NCBI GenBank assembly: GCA_963662625.1
Contig: OY759726.1
Span: forward strand, 608,001 to 672,000
DNA: 64,000 nt
Source of the DNA: Nitrosopumilus sp.
GTDB lineage: Archaea; Thermoproteota; Nitrososphaeria; Nitrososphaerales; Nitrosopumilaceae
Direction: 5' to 3'
Shown: positions 20,115-30,784 of the stretch, piece by piece
Position numbering within the stretch: position 1 is the first letter of the stretch
Layout: each line of letters starts with the position of its first letter
Program-made: the position numbers and the translations under genes
The notes under the pieces: model-generated
What the model saw: only the letters and a program-made list of their open reading frames with translations
Databases searched by the model: none
What the model was told of the DNA's origin: nothing

Positions 20115-20683
20115 TCATCCTGCGCCCCGCCTGGCTGGGGCTCTTCAGCGGGGCGACGCGGGCCGCCTGCCGTTCACCGGAAGCACGCAATACGGCCATG
20201 ACCCAAAATCTTGATCAGTGTATTGCCGGCTCCCTCATAGATCGGGCATGCTGGAATCAGGCGGCTTTGGCTTACTTCTGGGCATTGGCTTGGCGGCATC
20301 GGGGATTGTCATGCTGCCATGCCTAATGGGCTCCCACAATGCCATACGGAGAAGCCGCTACCATTGGGGCGTTTGGCAGTAGAGGGATTCGGGGTTGCGC
20401 TGACGGCGTCTGGCGCGGCCGCCTTGGGCGCGGTGATGCCCCAAATGCCATCAAAGAAAAGACGGGGTCAGGCGCCCTCCACGCGGGCGGGCGCGGCCCA
20501 GTACGGGGACGATCATGCCGCCGTCCTGGCGCGTGCGCCGGAAGCCGACGGGCAGTTTGCCCCCGAATCCAGCAGGCGGGGGAGGGCCGCCGCCCGGCGA
20601 CTAGAGGCTCCGGAGGCGGAGGCGGCCCCGAGCCATGCCGCACGTGGGGGCGCGTCCCCCCCCCCGGGGCGCCCCGGCGGCCC

Positions 20684-21634
20684 TCACGCCCCCCTTATCC
20701 CGTACCCCATCAGCACTGAATAGCACCCCAGCCCGCACTCCTCGCACCGCGGCTTCATGGAGCCCTCCTCGGCGCTGCCTATGCAGCACGGCGTCTTCTC
20801 CCTGCCCATGTGGTCGACCGACACGATGGCCCAGGTGGGGCAGTCGACCGGCGTGGTGCCCCTGCCGCCCCAGCTCCTCCTCATCATCTCCAGCTGCTTT
20901 GGCGGGTTGACGATGTAGTCGCGGTGCTCCCCGGCGCGCATCTCCAGCAGCCCGTCGACGACGGCGTCGCGCTCCTCGCCGAACGGCAGCCACAGCGGGT
21001 CGCCCTCCATGAACGGGGTGTGGAACTGGAAGCCTATCTTGTTGGAGTGGCCGCGCCAGTCCTCGATCACCTGCCCGACGGTCTCGTGGTTCTTCGAGTT
21101 TATCGTCATCGTTATCCAGATGTCCTTGCGGGAGTCCCCGCCCCCGGCGACGTAGTCCAGGACGTTCTTCCTGGTCCTCTCCCAGGCGCCGTCGCCGCGG
21201 ATCTCGTCGTGGACCCGCCTGGAGCCGTCTATGGACACCCAGTAAAAGTAGATGCCCGGGATGCGCGGTATGGGGCAGGTGCCGTTCGTCACGACGCAGG
21301 CCCTCCTGGGGAACTCCCTGACGAACAGCCTGACCACGTCGGGCCGCATCAGGGGCTCGCCGCCGACCAGCGTCACCATGAAGACGTGGTTCCTCTTGAA
21401 CTTCTCCTCGATGACGCCCTCCCACTGCTCCAGGGTGAGCTCCTCGTTCTCCTTCCTGTTGAGCCACCAGTAGCAGTGCTCGCAGTGCAGGTTGCACACG
21501 TTGATGATGTCGGCCGAGCCGTACAGCGGGCTGCGCCTGCCCAGCAGCCTGTAGGAGGCGAACTTCACCCCCAGGCGGAAGTACAGTGGGGACTCTGCCA
21601 GGATCTGCCTGAACCCGCGGCCCATTATCTCCAT
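20684..21634 (-). CDS. Radical SAM protein with C-terminal Cys-rich (SPASM/twitch-like) domain
   Basis: CNLHCEHC, GGEPL, VTNG, SIDG, C-terminal PCC...CEECGLGC. Confidence 0.92.
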   Translation of the reverse strand: MEIMGRGFRQILAESPLYFRLGVKFASYRLLGRRSPLYGSADIINVCNLHCEHCYWWLNRKENEELTLEQWEGVIEEKFKRNHVFMVTLVGGEPLMRPDVVRLFVREFPRRACVVTNGTCPIPRIPGIYFYWVSIDGSRRVHDEIRGDGAWERTRKNVLDYVAGGGDSRKDIWITMTINSKNHETVGQVIEDWRGHSNKIGFQFHTPFMEGDPLWLPFGEERDAVVDGLLEMRAGEHRDYIVNPPKQLEMMRRSWGGRGTTPVDCPTWAIVSVDHMGREKTPCCIGSAEEGSMKPRCEECGLGCYSVLMGYGIRGA

Positions 21635-21917
21635 GGTACGGGTATGCCCGCGCTAGTATTTTAGCAGGACGGGCTGGGCCGCCCCGCCGCGCCGCGGCGG
21701 CCTAGGGCAGGCCACCCGGAACGAGGGCCCTGTCAGGCGGGGCCTTCCTTGCAGGACCTAACGCTTGTGAGGCCGGATTTGCCGTGCGGGAGGCGACGTT
21801 TCCGAGAGCGCCCTTCCGGCAGCGGGACGGCGCACACCTGGCTGCGGCTCGCACGGCGGCAATCTTCCGGTTTTTTGGAAAGAGTTTTTAAATAGCTCTC
21901 TGGAAAGTTACTAACTC

Positions 21918-22277
21918 ATGTCCAAATCCATGCAAAACTCAGAGGCGGTGATTGGGTTTTTAAGGACATTAGCCGATATAATGGACGGGTGGCATGAGGC
22001 AATGGAGGCAATGTTAACACAAAACCAAAGAGCCAGCAAACAATTGGAGGCATTTAAAGATCTAAACCTTACAGACCCGAAGATTATCGAAGAACTGCCC
22101 AAGATGTTTTCATCGGAACAAATAGCCATATTGCTAAACGTATTACTTCGACTGTCTGAATATGGCGCAAAATTCGGTCCCCTGGCAGAAGAAAGAATGC
22201 AAGAATTCGAGTACATGCGTGAACTAATCATAGGTACAAGGATCAACCTGCACAAGCTATTGGGTGACGACGTTTGA
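21918..22277 (+). CDS. Hypothetical helical protein
   Basis: AT-rich ORF behind TTTTAAATA promoter; first of three abutting genes. Confidence 0.65.
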   Translation: MSKSMQNSEAVIGFLRTLADIMDGWHEAMEAMLTQNQRASKQLEAFKDLNLTDPKIIEELPKMFSSEQIAILLNVLLRLSEYGAKFGPLAEERMQEFEYMRELIIGTRINLHKLLGDDV

Positions 22278-22546
22278 TGAGCGAGACCTTTCAGATTAAC
22301 AAAATAATCCAGAGCACGCCCCTGACTGGTTTTGCCATGAGCATTGGCGAGGCATACAAAGACGTAATAAAAAACGCAACGAATCTCACAAACCCCCCGG
22401 ACATAGTGAAATTTACAGATTCCGGGTTTGACATCAACATGAACAACATGGTTATAAGCATACCGTACATCATCGTGTTTGAAGACACCATGTATGCCGT
22501 ATGGAAGAACGATTCCGGACAACTGGTCATGAAGGAGCTGGGCTGA
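22277..22546 (+). CDS. Hypothetical protein
   Basis: TGATG stop/start overlap with the previous gene. Confidence 0.65.
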   Translation: MSETFQINKIIQSTPLTGFAMSIGEAYKDVIKNATNLTNPPDIVKFTDSGFDINMNNMVISIPYIIVFEDTMYAVWKNDSGQLVMKELG

Positions 22547-22547
22547 C

Positions 22548-22835
22548 ATGATACTCCCAAAATTGCCAGTAGGCATAGAACTAAAAAACACCAACGCCAC
22601 CATAACCACCGACACGAACGTGTTCCCGCCGGAAACCAACAAAATCACAACGGTGGGGAGGATCAAGCAGAAGAAGTACCACGTGGAATGCAACGGGAAG
22701 GGCCAGATGAGCTTCTACGCATTAAAGGATCCGGTGGAACATATAAGGGAAATCGCCAAGCTCCGGGACGACGGCCTAATCACGGCCGAAGAGTTTGAGC
22801 AAAAAAAGAAGGAACTGCTGAAACACATAAAATAA
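22548..22835 (+). CDS. SHOCT-domain protein
   Basis: C-terminal IREIAKLRDDGLITAEEFEQKKKELL. Confidence 0.8.
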   Translation: MILPKLPVGIELKNTNATITTDTNVFPPETNKITTVGRIKQKKYHVECNGKGQMSFYALKDPVEHIREIAKLRDDGLITAEEFEQKKKELLKHIK

Positions 22836-22961
22836 CGCGCGCCTGGAACCGCCACAGGGAACGTGCAGCTGTCTGTTGTGGCGCCCCCGCGGCACCCGCT
22901 CAGGCCGCCATTTCCCCGCGGGCTATGCTTTTTTGCACTGGCGTGGCGCGCCCCAAGGCCT

Positions 22962-24370
22962 CAGTAGATCGAAATGTGCCCCAGCGGAACGCCGGCCAGC
23001 ATGTCCTGGCCCGATACCGGAACGTTTTGGACAGAAAAACCAACGGGTCAGGCGCCCCCGTAACCCGTCATGTATCACCAAAACAAACCACGGGGGCACC
23101 GACCCAGGGTGGCCGGCAAGGCGCTTGAAATGTTGCCCGGGCTGCCGGAGAGGGCGGGCATCGGGTTCTCGGGCCGGCACAACGCCGCGTGCGGCACGGC
23201 CGGCTCCGTGCGCGTGCCGGTGCCGGTGTGCAGGGACCGCGCGTGCGCGTCTGGCGCCACCGGGACGCTCGCCGTGCGCCACCGGAAGAGCCACATACCG
23301 TCGTCGGCGTGGGTGCCCTCCAGGATACGGGGGGCGTGCAGCGGCCAGGACGCCATGCGGGAGCGGTGCCCCGGCTCCCTCGCCGCCACCGTGCGGGAGG
23401 CCAGGCGGCCTAGGATCCCCGGGCGGGCGCGCTGCGTCGTGGCCCCGGCCTGCCACCCGATGCCCGGGCACGGCAGGGACCCCGCGACCCGGGAGAGACA
23501 GTTGGTGCGAGCGAGGCACAGGTCCGGTACGTCGCGCTCCGGGGGGTACGCCACCGCCAAGGTGGCGGGCGGGCCGGGGCCGGACCTGGCGCGCGGGCCC
23601 AAGAAGGGCAGCGCGGGGGCCGGAATCGTGCGCGAGCTGCTGCTGGACTGCGCAGGGGTTGGAGTCCGCCCTAGGCCGGTCCTGCCGGGCAGGGGGTTCT
23701 TCCCGGCCGGGGTAGTGGGGGAGCTGTCCGGGCCGGGCCACGGGCCCGTCATGCCCGCACCTCGGGCGGCCGGCGCGAAGGGGGCCGCGGGGGAGCACGG
23801 CCGGGGGGAGAGGGCGGCGGCCTCCCCGCACGCCCTGGCGCCCCGGGAGAGGAGGGCCAGCGAGCCGTTCACCCCGGTGACAGTCCCGGAGGGGGATGGC
23901 GATGACGGGCGGAACCCGGGGGACGTGCAGGAGGCAAACCCGCCCGCCCTCTTCTCCTCTCTCCATACGTGTGGGGACGGGTGGGACTCGGGGGACGTGC
24001 AGGAGGGGCACCTGGCGTACGCCACCAACTCGGACGCCGGCGGCGCGTACCGCCCTGCCGGCGTCCCCGACGAGTACAGGAAGAGGTGGGGGACAGGGAC
24101 CGGGCACGGGGACGCCGGGAAGGCGAGGCCCAGAACCGCCAGCCCGGACGCCTCCGTCAGGACGTTCCTGTTCTTCATGGCGCTGGTGACGTGCAACCTG
24201 TGGACGGTGCCGGCGGCGTGGTCTGCCGGGTGGTACGGGAGCCGCGACACCGCTCCGGTCCAGCTGGCGATCATGCCGGGGTGCATAGCGGGGATGGCCG
24301 CGGGCGGGGCGGATGGCGGGCGGGCGGGGCCCAACTAGGCGTCTGGCGGCTAGTACAATTCGATCTACTG
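22962..24370 (+). mobile_element. ISH3-type (IS4 superfamily) element with decayed transposase
   Basis: Imperfect 18-bp TIRs: CAGTAGATCGAAATGTGC versus reverse complement CAGTAGATCGAATTGTAC. ORF 23070-24338 has degenerate (D)RGF, YATN and YRKRWG..TG motifs. No clean TSD. Confidence 0.85.
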
Positions 24371-24427
24371 GATCTGTACCGTGAGCCGCGTCACGGCGCA
24401 CCACATGGGCGGCCTGGGGGGCCGCGC

Positions 24428-25498
24428 CTACCGGAACAGCAGGGAGATGACCCGCCGGACCCCGGTCTTCTTTGGCTCGCCGGTCCAGTCCGAGATGGTC
24501 GTGGTGGGCTTTTCGACGAATATCCCCTGCGGCCTGTACAGCAGTATCACCAGCAGGATCACCCCCAGCAGCAAAAAGTCCAGCCACACCACGTCAAACG
24601 GCACGAACCCCTCGAAGGAGTCCTTGAAGAATATGATCAGCTTCCTCACCGTGACGAAGATCAGCGTCCCGAAGACGATCCCCTTGTTGTTTGCCAGCCC
24701 GCCTATGAGTATCATGAGGAACGGCCAGAACGTCCAGCTCGCCCTGTCGTAGGCAAACGCGATGGTGCCCCCCACGTAGAAGGCGTACAGCGCCCCGCCG
24801 ATGGCCGCCAGCGCGGCGGACACCAGTATCACCTTGATGCGGATCCGCGCCGCGTCCTTGCCTAGCGACTCGGCGGCGACCTCGTTGTCGCGGACTGCCC
24901 GCAGCGTCCTGCCCAGCGGCGAGCGCACCATCCTCTCGCTGAAGACGAAGACGGCGGCGGCTATTAGCACCAGCCCCAGCGTGGCCACCGGGAAGCGCAT
25001 CTCGTCGGGCAGGAACGACAGCGGGTCGGGCACCTGCACCCCCAGCGTGCCGCCCACCAGCGGGGTGAAGTTGTTGCCCACTATCCTGATGCTCTCGCCG
25101 AACGCCAGCAGCGTTATGGCCAGGTAGTCCCCGCGCAGCCGGATGGCCGGGTACGACGTCAGTATGCCCAGGCCGCCGCCGACGCCGGCCGCTATCCCCA
25201 GCGTCAGGAAGAAGACCGCAAAGCCGATCCCCGTGTTGTCCACCAGCCAGGCGTTGATCTGCGAGACGATGAGCAGGTTGTCGGCTATGTAGTCGCCCTC
25301 TATCCCCGCCATGCCCGCGAATATCCTGCCCGGGACGGACGCGGCGATGAAGGCGCCGGCGCCGACTGCCAGCACCTTGCCGAAGTTGGGGATGCCGGTG
25401 TACCCGAACTCCAGGTTCAGGCTGAGGTTGACTATCACGTATACCGCGAAGATTGCGAGCAGGTCCACCACGAAGATGGCCTCAGGACCGATCGCCAT
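24428..25498 (-). CDS. livM: Branched-chain amino acid ABC transporter permease
   Basis: SLNLEFGYTGIPNFG, LRGDYLAI, SPLGRTLRAVRDNE. Confidence 0.92.
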   Translation of the reverse strand: MAIGPEAIFVVDLLAIFAVYVIVNLSLNLEFGYTGIPNFGKVLAVGAGAFIAASVPGRIFAGMAGIEGDYIADNLLIVSQINAWLVDNTGIGFAVFFLTLGIAAGVGGGLGILTSYPAIRLRGDYLAITLLAFGESIRIVGNNFTPLVGGTLGVQVPDPLSFLPDEMRFPVATLGLVLIAAAVFVFSERMVRSPLGRTLRAVRDNEVAAESLGKDAARIRIKVILVSAALAAIGGALYAFYVGGTIAFAYDRASWTFWPFLMILIGGLANNKGIVFGTLIFVTVRKLIIFFKDSFEGFVPFDVVWLDFLLLGVILLVILLYRPQGIFVEKPTTTISDWTGEPKKTGVRRVISLLFR

Positions 25499-26408
25499 TC
25501 CTCCTCAGCCTCGACCAGTTTATCCCGGCCAGCCCGCGCGGGGCCAGCATCAGGGTCACCACGATGAACACGAGCGGTATGAGCGGGCGGTACGCCACCA
25601 GCCACGAGCCGAACTCCCCGGCCAGGAACCTCGTCCCGAGCACCTCGGTGAGCCCGATCAGCAGGCCGCCTGCTATGGCCCCGTATATGCTCAGGAACCC
25701 GCCGGCGATGCTGGCCGCGAACACGCTGGGGATCAGCAGGGGGCCCAGGTTCGGGTCGCCCTGGAACCACAGCGACATCAGCGCGCCGGCGACCCCCGCC
25801 AGCCCGCCGCCGAGCATCCACGACACCCCGTAGATCACCTTCACGTTTATCCCCACGGTCTCTGCCAGGTCGTAGTTCTCGGTGGCCGCGCGCATGGCGA
25901 TGCCGAACTTCGTCTTGTTGAGCATGACGTACAGCGACAGCGCCAGCACCCCTATGGCCGCCGGCGCCACGAAGACTATCATGGGCATGCCGGCCAGCTC
26001 CGCGTCGTAGCTGCGCAGGGTGAACTCCCTGGAGGTCACCCGGAAGGCCTCCACGATGTAGTCGGACGCTATGTTGAGGACCGCTATGAGTATCAGGTCG
26101 AATGCCAGCGTCGATATCATCTGGATCGCCTGCGAGGCGCCCTTGCGGATGAGGGGCTTTAGGATGAAGGTGTACAGGGCCACTGCGACCAGCCCGGCCA
26201 CCACGAAGGAGATCGGCACCGCCACGTACGGGGATACCTCCCACACCCTCGTGGCGACCAGCGCGATGTAGACGCCGATCGTCGCGAACGAGGCGTGCGC
26301 GAAGTTGGGGACGCGCGTGGTGAGGTAGGTCAGCGTGAGGCCGATGCTCAGCAGCGCCAGGAGGCTGGCGAAGATTATCGCGTCGGAGAATATGGGATCG
26401 GCTGCCAA
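25482..26408 (-). CDS. livH: Branched-chain amino acid ABC transporter permease
   Basis: IGLTL...NFAHA, TKFGIAMRA, PRGL. Confidence 0.92.
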   Translation of the reverse strand: MAADPIFSDAIIFASLLALLSIGLTLTYLTTRVPNFAHASFATIGVYIALVATRVWEVSPYVAVPISFVVAGLVAVALYTFILKPLIRKGASQAIQMISTLAFDLILIAVLNIASDYIVEAFRVTSREFTLRSYDAELAGMPMIVFVAPAAIGVLALSLYVMLNKTKFGIAMRAATENYDLAETVGINVKVIYGVSWMLGGGLAGVAGALMSLWFQGDPNLGPLLIPSVFAASIAGGFLSIYGAIAGGLLIGLTEVLGTRFLAGEFGSWLVAYRPLIPLVFIVVTLMLAPRGLAGINWSRLRRNGDRS

Positions 26409-27126
26409 CTCAGGCCCCCTTGGCCTGCCCCGGCCACGCCCGGGGCCCCGGGCCGCCGCGGGCCGCGCCGCCTGTGGGGGGACCGGTGGGAACCATGCTC
26501 TGTCACAGTCATGCCGGGGCCGTGGTTAATCTACATATCGGCAGGCGCGCGCGGTTCCCTGGTCCGGAAAGCCGATCGCCGCTTGCCCGGGCAGGGCCGG
26601 CAGGGGGCGGGCGCGCCGGCGGCGCCCCCGGTGCTCCCCCGGCGCCAGGGGGGACGGCGTGCCTATCGCCGGCAGGGGGCGGGCGCGCCGGCGGCGCCCC
26701 CGGGGGCGGGGGGCGCGGGCATGGCGCGGAATGCCAAGGAAGCGCGGGATCCGGGCCGCCCGGACTACGCGGGGCCGGACGGTTCGAAGGCGCGGCGGAT
26801 CGCGCGGGACGTGCCCCCGCAAACGCCGGGGCCGCGGCCGCCACGGAGTCCGCGCGGCCGGGCGCCTCGGCCGGGCGCCTCCCTGAGGCACGCGCGGCGC
26901 ATCGCGCCGCCCCCGCGCTGGCAGGCCGCGGGCAAAGATGCCCGTGCTCGGGGAGCGAGCTGCATCGCGGATCCCGCGTGCGCAACGCGCAGCCAAGCGA
27001 AACGTGCCGGACTGGGGAGGGACGAACGCCCGCGCGCATGCCCAAGCACCCCGCCATCGAACCTGGCGCGGGGCCGCATTTCGCTTGGCTGGCGCGCCTC
27101 GAAAATTAATATGGGGCAGGAGGGAG

Positions 27127-27227
27127 CGGCGGGTGTGGGACTTGAACCCACGGTGTGCTCGTTACACAATCGCCTTTCTGAGGCAATCGCTTCAGGGCGA
27201 CACCTTACCACGCTAGGTAAACCCACC
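27127..27227 (-). tRNA. Intron-containing tRNA with long variable arm and GAA anticodon (isotype ambiguous)
   Basis: Acceptor GGTGGGT/ACCCGCC plus G73; D arm ACCT..AGGT; anticodon stem TCGCC/GGCGA; 14-nt intron 27176-27189 forming a BHB-like motif at 37/38; variable arm TGTG..CACA; T arm GTGGG-TTCAAGT-CCCAC; TATAAATA box ~25 bp upstream. Confidence 0.88.
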
Positions 27228-27312
27228 GGGCATTACCTTATACGTACGTATATTTATACCGAGTTGCGGCGCGTATGCATGTTTTTTATATGATGCCCCA
27301 ACTTGGGAGATC

Positions 27313-27474
27313 ATGACGAGGTGGGGCAGGGACCAGACAGAGTTTACCGTAAGGCTGTCATTTGATGGGAGGAACAGCATGTCATGCAGGATACCAAAGC
27401 CGATACTGGATCTCCTGGGCGATCCAGACATGCTAACGTTCAAGCTCGAGGGCGGCAAGATCACGGTGGGCTGA
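27313..27474 (+). CDS. Small AbrB/MazE-like DNA-binding protein (53 aa)
   Basis: Hand translation MTRWGRDQTEFTVRLSFDGRNSMSCRIPKPILDLLGDPDMLTFKLEGGKITVG; IPK.I...LG swapped-hairpin pattern; TTTTATA upstream; below the ORF-track cutoff. Confidence 0.7.
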   Translation: MTRWGRDQTEFTVRLSFDGRNSMSCRIPKPILDLLGDPDMLTFKLEGGKITVG

Positions 27475-27518
27475 CACGAGTCCCAAAAGGGCGAGCCCCC
27501 CCCCCGAGGGGCGGGCAG

Positions 27519-28904
27519 GTTAAGAACAGGACGATATTCACGGGCGACAACCTCGAGATAATGCGCGGCATGGAAAACGAAAGCGTGGATCTGACATGCC
27601 CGGGTCCCCCGTTCAACTCCAAGCACAACTATGCGGCACCGATCGGCTCCAGGGCGGCTGGCGCGGAGTTCAAGGACACTTAGACGCTGAGCGGCATTGA
27701 CCAGGCATGGTGGGGCGAAATCGCGGATCAGAACGAGCCGCTGTACTAGATCATCGGCACTGCCGGAAAGGTTGGCGACGAGTCCACCATGTCATACCTG
27801 ATATACATGGCAATCAGGATTCTGGAAATGCACAGAATCCTGAAGCCCGCGGGCTCGCTGTACCTGCATTGCGATACCACGATGAGCCACTACCTGAAGC
27901 TGGCACTGGACTCAATATTCGGAAGCAAGTCGTTCCGCAACGACATTACGTGGAAGCGGACCAGCTCTCACAATGACGGCAAGAGGTACGGAAAGATTTC
28001 CGACAGGATACTGTTTTACACCAAGACTGAAAAGTGCGCCTGGAATTACGTTTGCATGCCATATTCGAGGGGGCACATGGAAAAAAACTTCAAAGACGAG
28101 GACGGGCGCGGGCGTTACGCCCACAAGGACTTGACGGCGGAGAGCCTGGCAGGTGGCGGGTATGAGTACGAATACAAGGGCCACGTCAGGATCTGGAAAA
28201 GGTCCCCGGAGTCGATGGCAGAGTTGGAAAGGCAGGGAAGGATACACATGCCAAAAAGGAGGGGCGGGGTTCCAAGGTACAAGATATATCTTGACGAGGC
28301 AAAAGGCGTCCCACTGCAGAACATCTGGACCGACATACCAAACGTCCAAGGCCAGGAAAGGCTGGGCTATCCCACGCAAAAGCCACTCGCGCTGCTGGAA
28401 CGGATCATAGATGCAAGCAGTTACACGGGCGACGTGGTGTTCGACCCGTTCTGCGGATGCGCCACGGCCTGCCTTGCGGCAGAGAGAAGGGGGAGGAGGT
28501 GGATAGGGTGCGACATATCGGAAAGGGCCTATTCGCTGATTGAGCAAAGGCTCAAAAAGGACGCCGGGATCGCCAAGTTTGTTACCGGTGCCGGGGAAGT
28601 CATACAGAGGACGGACATACCCAAAAGGAGGGGAAGGAGATCCAAGGACATCAAACACGCGCTGTACGGCACGCAGCGCGGCCACTGCAACGGCTGCAGG
28701 CACCACTACCAGTTCAAGGATCTCGAGGTTGATCATGTGGTACCCAAGGCAAGGGGCGGGCAGGATGACGACGGCAACCTCCAGCTATTGTGCGGCAACT
28801 GCAACAGGAGAAAGGGGAAGAAACTCACGATGGCCGAGCTGAAAGCGGTCCTGGACGCGGAGGGGGTGACGTTCGGCGGGGGCGCCCACGAACCGCGGAA
28901 CTGA
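27519..28904 (+). pseudogene. Amino-DNA methyltransferase (beta class) fused to C-terminal HNH endonuclease; 5' part inactivated
   Basis: IFTGDNLEIM, degenerate (D)PPF motif, YPTQKP, DPFCGCAT, CNGC...VDHVVP...GNLQLLCGNCN; in-frame TAG at 27681 and 27747. Confidence 0.9.
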
Positions 28905-29232
28905 CGCACCGCCACGGCTTTGGCCAGGAGACCCACGCCCCCATGGATTCACAGAACCGCCCACCAAAGGGCACCCTCCTTCTCCCGCACGATCCACCCC
29001 ACCCCGGAATAATTCGGCCTCGCGCAGTCTGGATGCCCCGGGCCCGCGCATATCCCGTGCTCCCCCACTCCCGGTGGTGGCAGAGGCGGGGCACCTGCTG
29101 CTTGCCGACTTTGCGCTCTCGGACTGGGGCGAACGGCCTTCCGGACTAGGCTGACACGGTGATTTTCAAGCGGTGTCGGGCTACCCCGCCCTGGATAAAA
29201 CACTTAACTCCGGCTCCCCCGCATACCATGCG

Positions 29233-29988
29233 ATGGCCATACTGACCGTGACCGGGATCGAGAAGCACTTTGGCGGCCTCAACGTGCTCGACGGGGTCGA
29301 CATGGAGGTCGAGGGCGGCAGGCTGTACCAGATGATCGGGCCCAACGGGAGCGGCAAGACCACGCTGATAAACGTGATATCCGGGCTGCTGAGGCCCGAC
29401 GGGGGGAGGGTCGTCTTCGACGGCACAGACATCACCGAGATGGGGCCGTTCGAGACCTTCAAGGAGGGGCTGGTCAGGACGTGGCAGATCCCGCAGCCGT
29501 TCTCGACCCTCAACACCGTGGAGAACCTCATGGTGTCGGGCGAGGGCAACTCCGGGGAGGGCTTCCTGGCCGCCCCGCTGAGGTCCGGGTGGAGGGCCGA
29601 CGAGGAGGCGGCGGCCGAGAGGGCCGACGGCGTCGCCCGGATGGTGGGCCTGGACGAGAAGAAGCACGTGCCGAGCCAGAACCTCAGCGGGGGGCAGCAG
29701 AAGCTGCTGGAGCTGGGCCGGGCCATGATGTCCGACGCCAAGATGATCCTCATGGACGAGCCGATCGCCGGCGTCAACCCGACCCTGGCCCACCAGATAT
29801 TCGAGAAGATCGAGAAGATCTGCGCCGAGCAGAAGATCACGTTCCTCATAGTGGAGCACAGGCTGGACATATCCCTCCAGTACACCGAGCACGTCTTCGT
29901 GATGAACAGGGGCAAGATAATCGCCGAGGGCACCCCCGACGAGGTCACGAGGCACCCCAAGGTCGTGGAGTCCTACCTGGGTGATTAG
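29233..29988 (+). CDS. livG: Branched-chain amino acid ABC transporter ATPase
   Basis: GPNGSGKT, LSGGQ, LMDEP, VEH, YLG. Confidence 0.92.
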   Translation: MAILTVTGIEKHFGGLNVLDGVDMEVEGGRLYQMIGPNGSGKTTLINVISGLLRPDGGRVVFDGTDITEMGPFETFKEGLVRTWQIPQPFSTLNTVENLMVSGEGNSGEGFLAAPLRSGWRADEEAAAERADGVARMVGLDEKKHVPSQNLSGGQQKLLELGRAMMSDAKMILMDEPIAGVNPTLAHQIFEKIEKICAEQKITFLIVEHRLDISLQYTEHVFVMNRGKIIAEGTPDEVTRHPKVVESYLGD

Positions 29989-30735
29989 ATGGCCGACCCC
30001 AAGGAGCGCGTCGTCAGGGTGGACAAGCTCAGCTCCGGCTACGCCAGCAGCCACATACTCTTCGACGTGGACTTTGAGGCCAGGAGGGGGGCGATCACCG
30101 TCATAATAGGGCCCAACGGGAGCGGCAAGAGCACGCTGCTCAAGAGCCTGTTCGGGCTCTGCACCGTCTATTCCGGGAAGATATCGTTCCTGGGCAAGGA
30201 CATAACCGGCCTCACGCCGCACGAGGTGGCGCGCGAGAGGATCGCGTACCTGCCACAGGTGAACAACGTGTTCGCCAACCTGACCATCCGGGAGAACCTC
30301 GTGATGGCCGGGTACACCGTCGACCCCAAGGACTTTGCCGAGAGGGTCCCCGGCGTGATGGACGCGTTCCCGGAGCTGAAGAGGTACGAGGGGGAGAAGG
30401 CCCAGTCGCTCAGCGGGGGGCAGCGCCAGATGCTGGCCATGTGCATGGCGCTGGTGAGGCGGCCGACGCTGATGCTGTTCGACGAGCCGACTGCCAGCCT
30501 GTCGCCGAAGCTCTCAGTCGACGTCCTCAACAAGATGGAGGAGATAAGGAGCGAGTTCGGGATCACCGTGATCCTGGTCGAGCAGGACGTCAAGCGCGCC
30601 CTCAAGTTCGGGGACTGGGTCTACCTGCTGGCAAGCGGCAAGAACGTCTTCGACGGGACGCCGGCGGAGCTGCAGGCCCACCCGGAACTGGGCAGGCTGT
30701 ACCTGGGCGTGACCCAGGGAGACGCCCGCAAGTGA
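29989..30735 (+). CDS. livF: Branched-chain amino acid ABC transporter ATPase
   Basis: GPNGSGKS, LSGGQRQML, FDEP, VEQ. Confidence 0.92.
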   Translation: MADPKERVVRVDKLSSGYASSHILFDVDFEARRGAITVIIGPNGSGKSTLLKSLFGLCTVYSGKISFLGKDITGLTPHEVARERIAYLPQVNNVFANLTIRENLVMAGYTVDPKDFAERVPGVMDAFPELKRYEGEKAQSLSGGQRQMLAMCMALVRRPTLMLFDEPTASLSPKLSVDVLNKMEEIRSEFGITVILVEQDVKRALKFGDWVYLLASGKNVFDGTPAELQAHPELGRLYLGVTQGDARK

Positions 30736-30784
30736 CGCCCCCAGCGCGGGAAGCGTGGCGCCTTGGGGCGTGCAGGGGCGCGCC

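Noticed and set aside
26596-26703. Two identical 36-bp repeats separated by 36 bp (CRISPR-like spacing)
   Set aside because: Only two copies, almost pure G/C, no leader or cas genes; it sits in decayed GC-rich DNA and is best read as a local duplication.
27681-27749. Two in-frame TAGs as pyrrolysine or stop-codon recoding
   Set aside because: TAG ends many normal genes in this window, and the nearby catalytic motif is also destroyed, so pseudogenisation is simpler.
27127-29200. tRNA-integrated island with att repeats
   Set aside because: The accessory genes lie on the 5' side of the tRNA, and I found no duplicated tRNA end or integrase.
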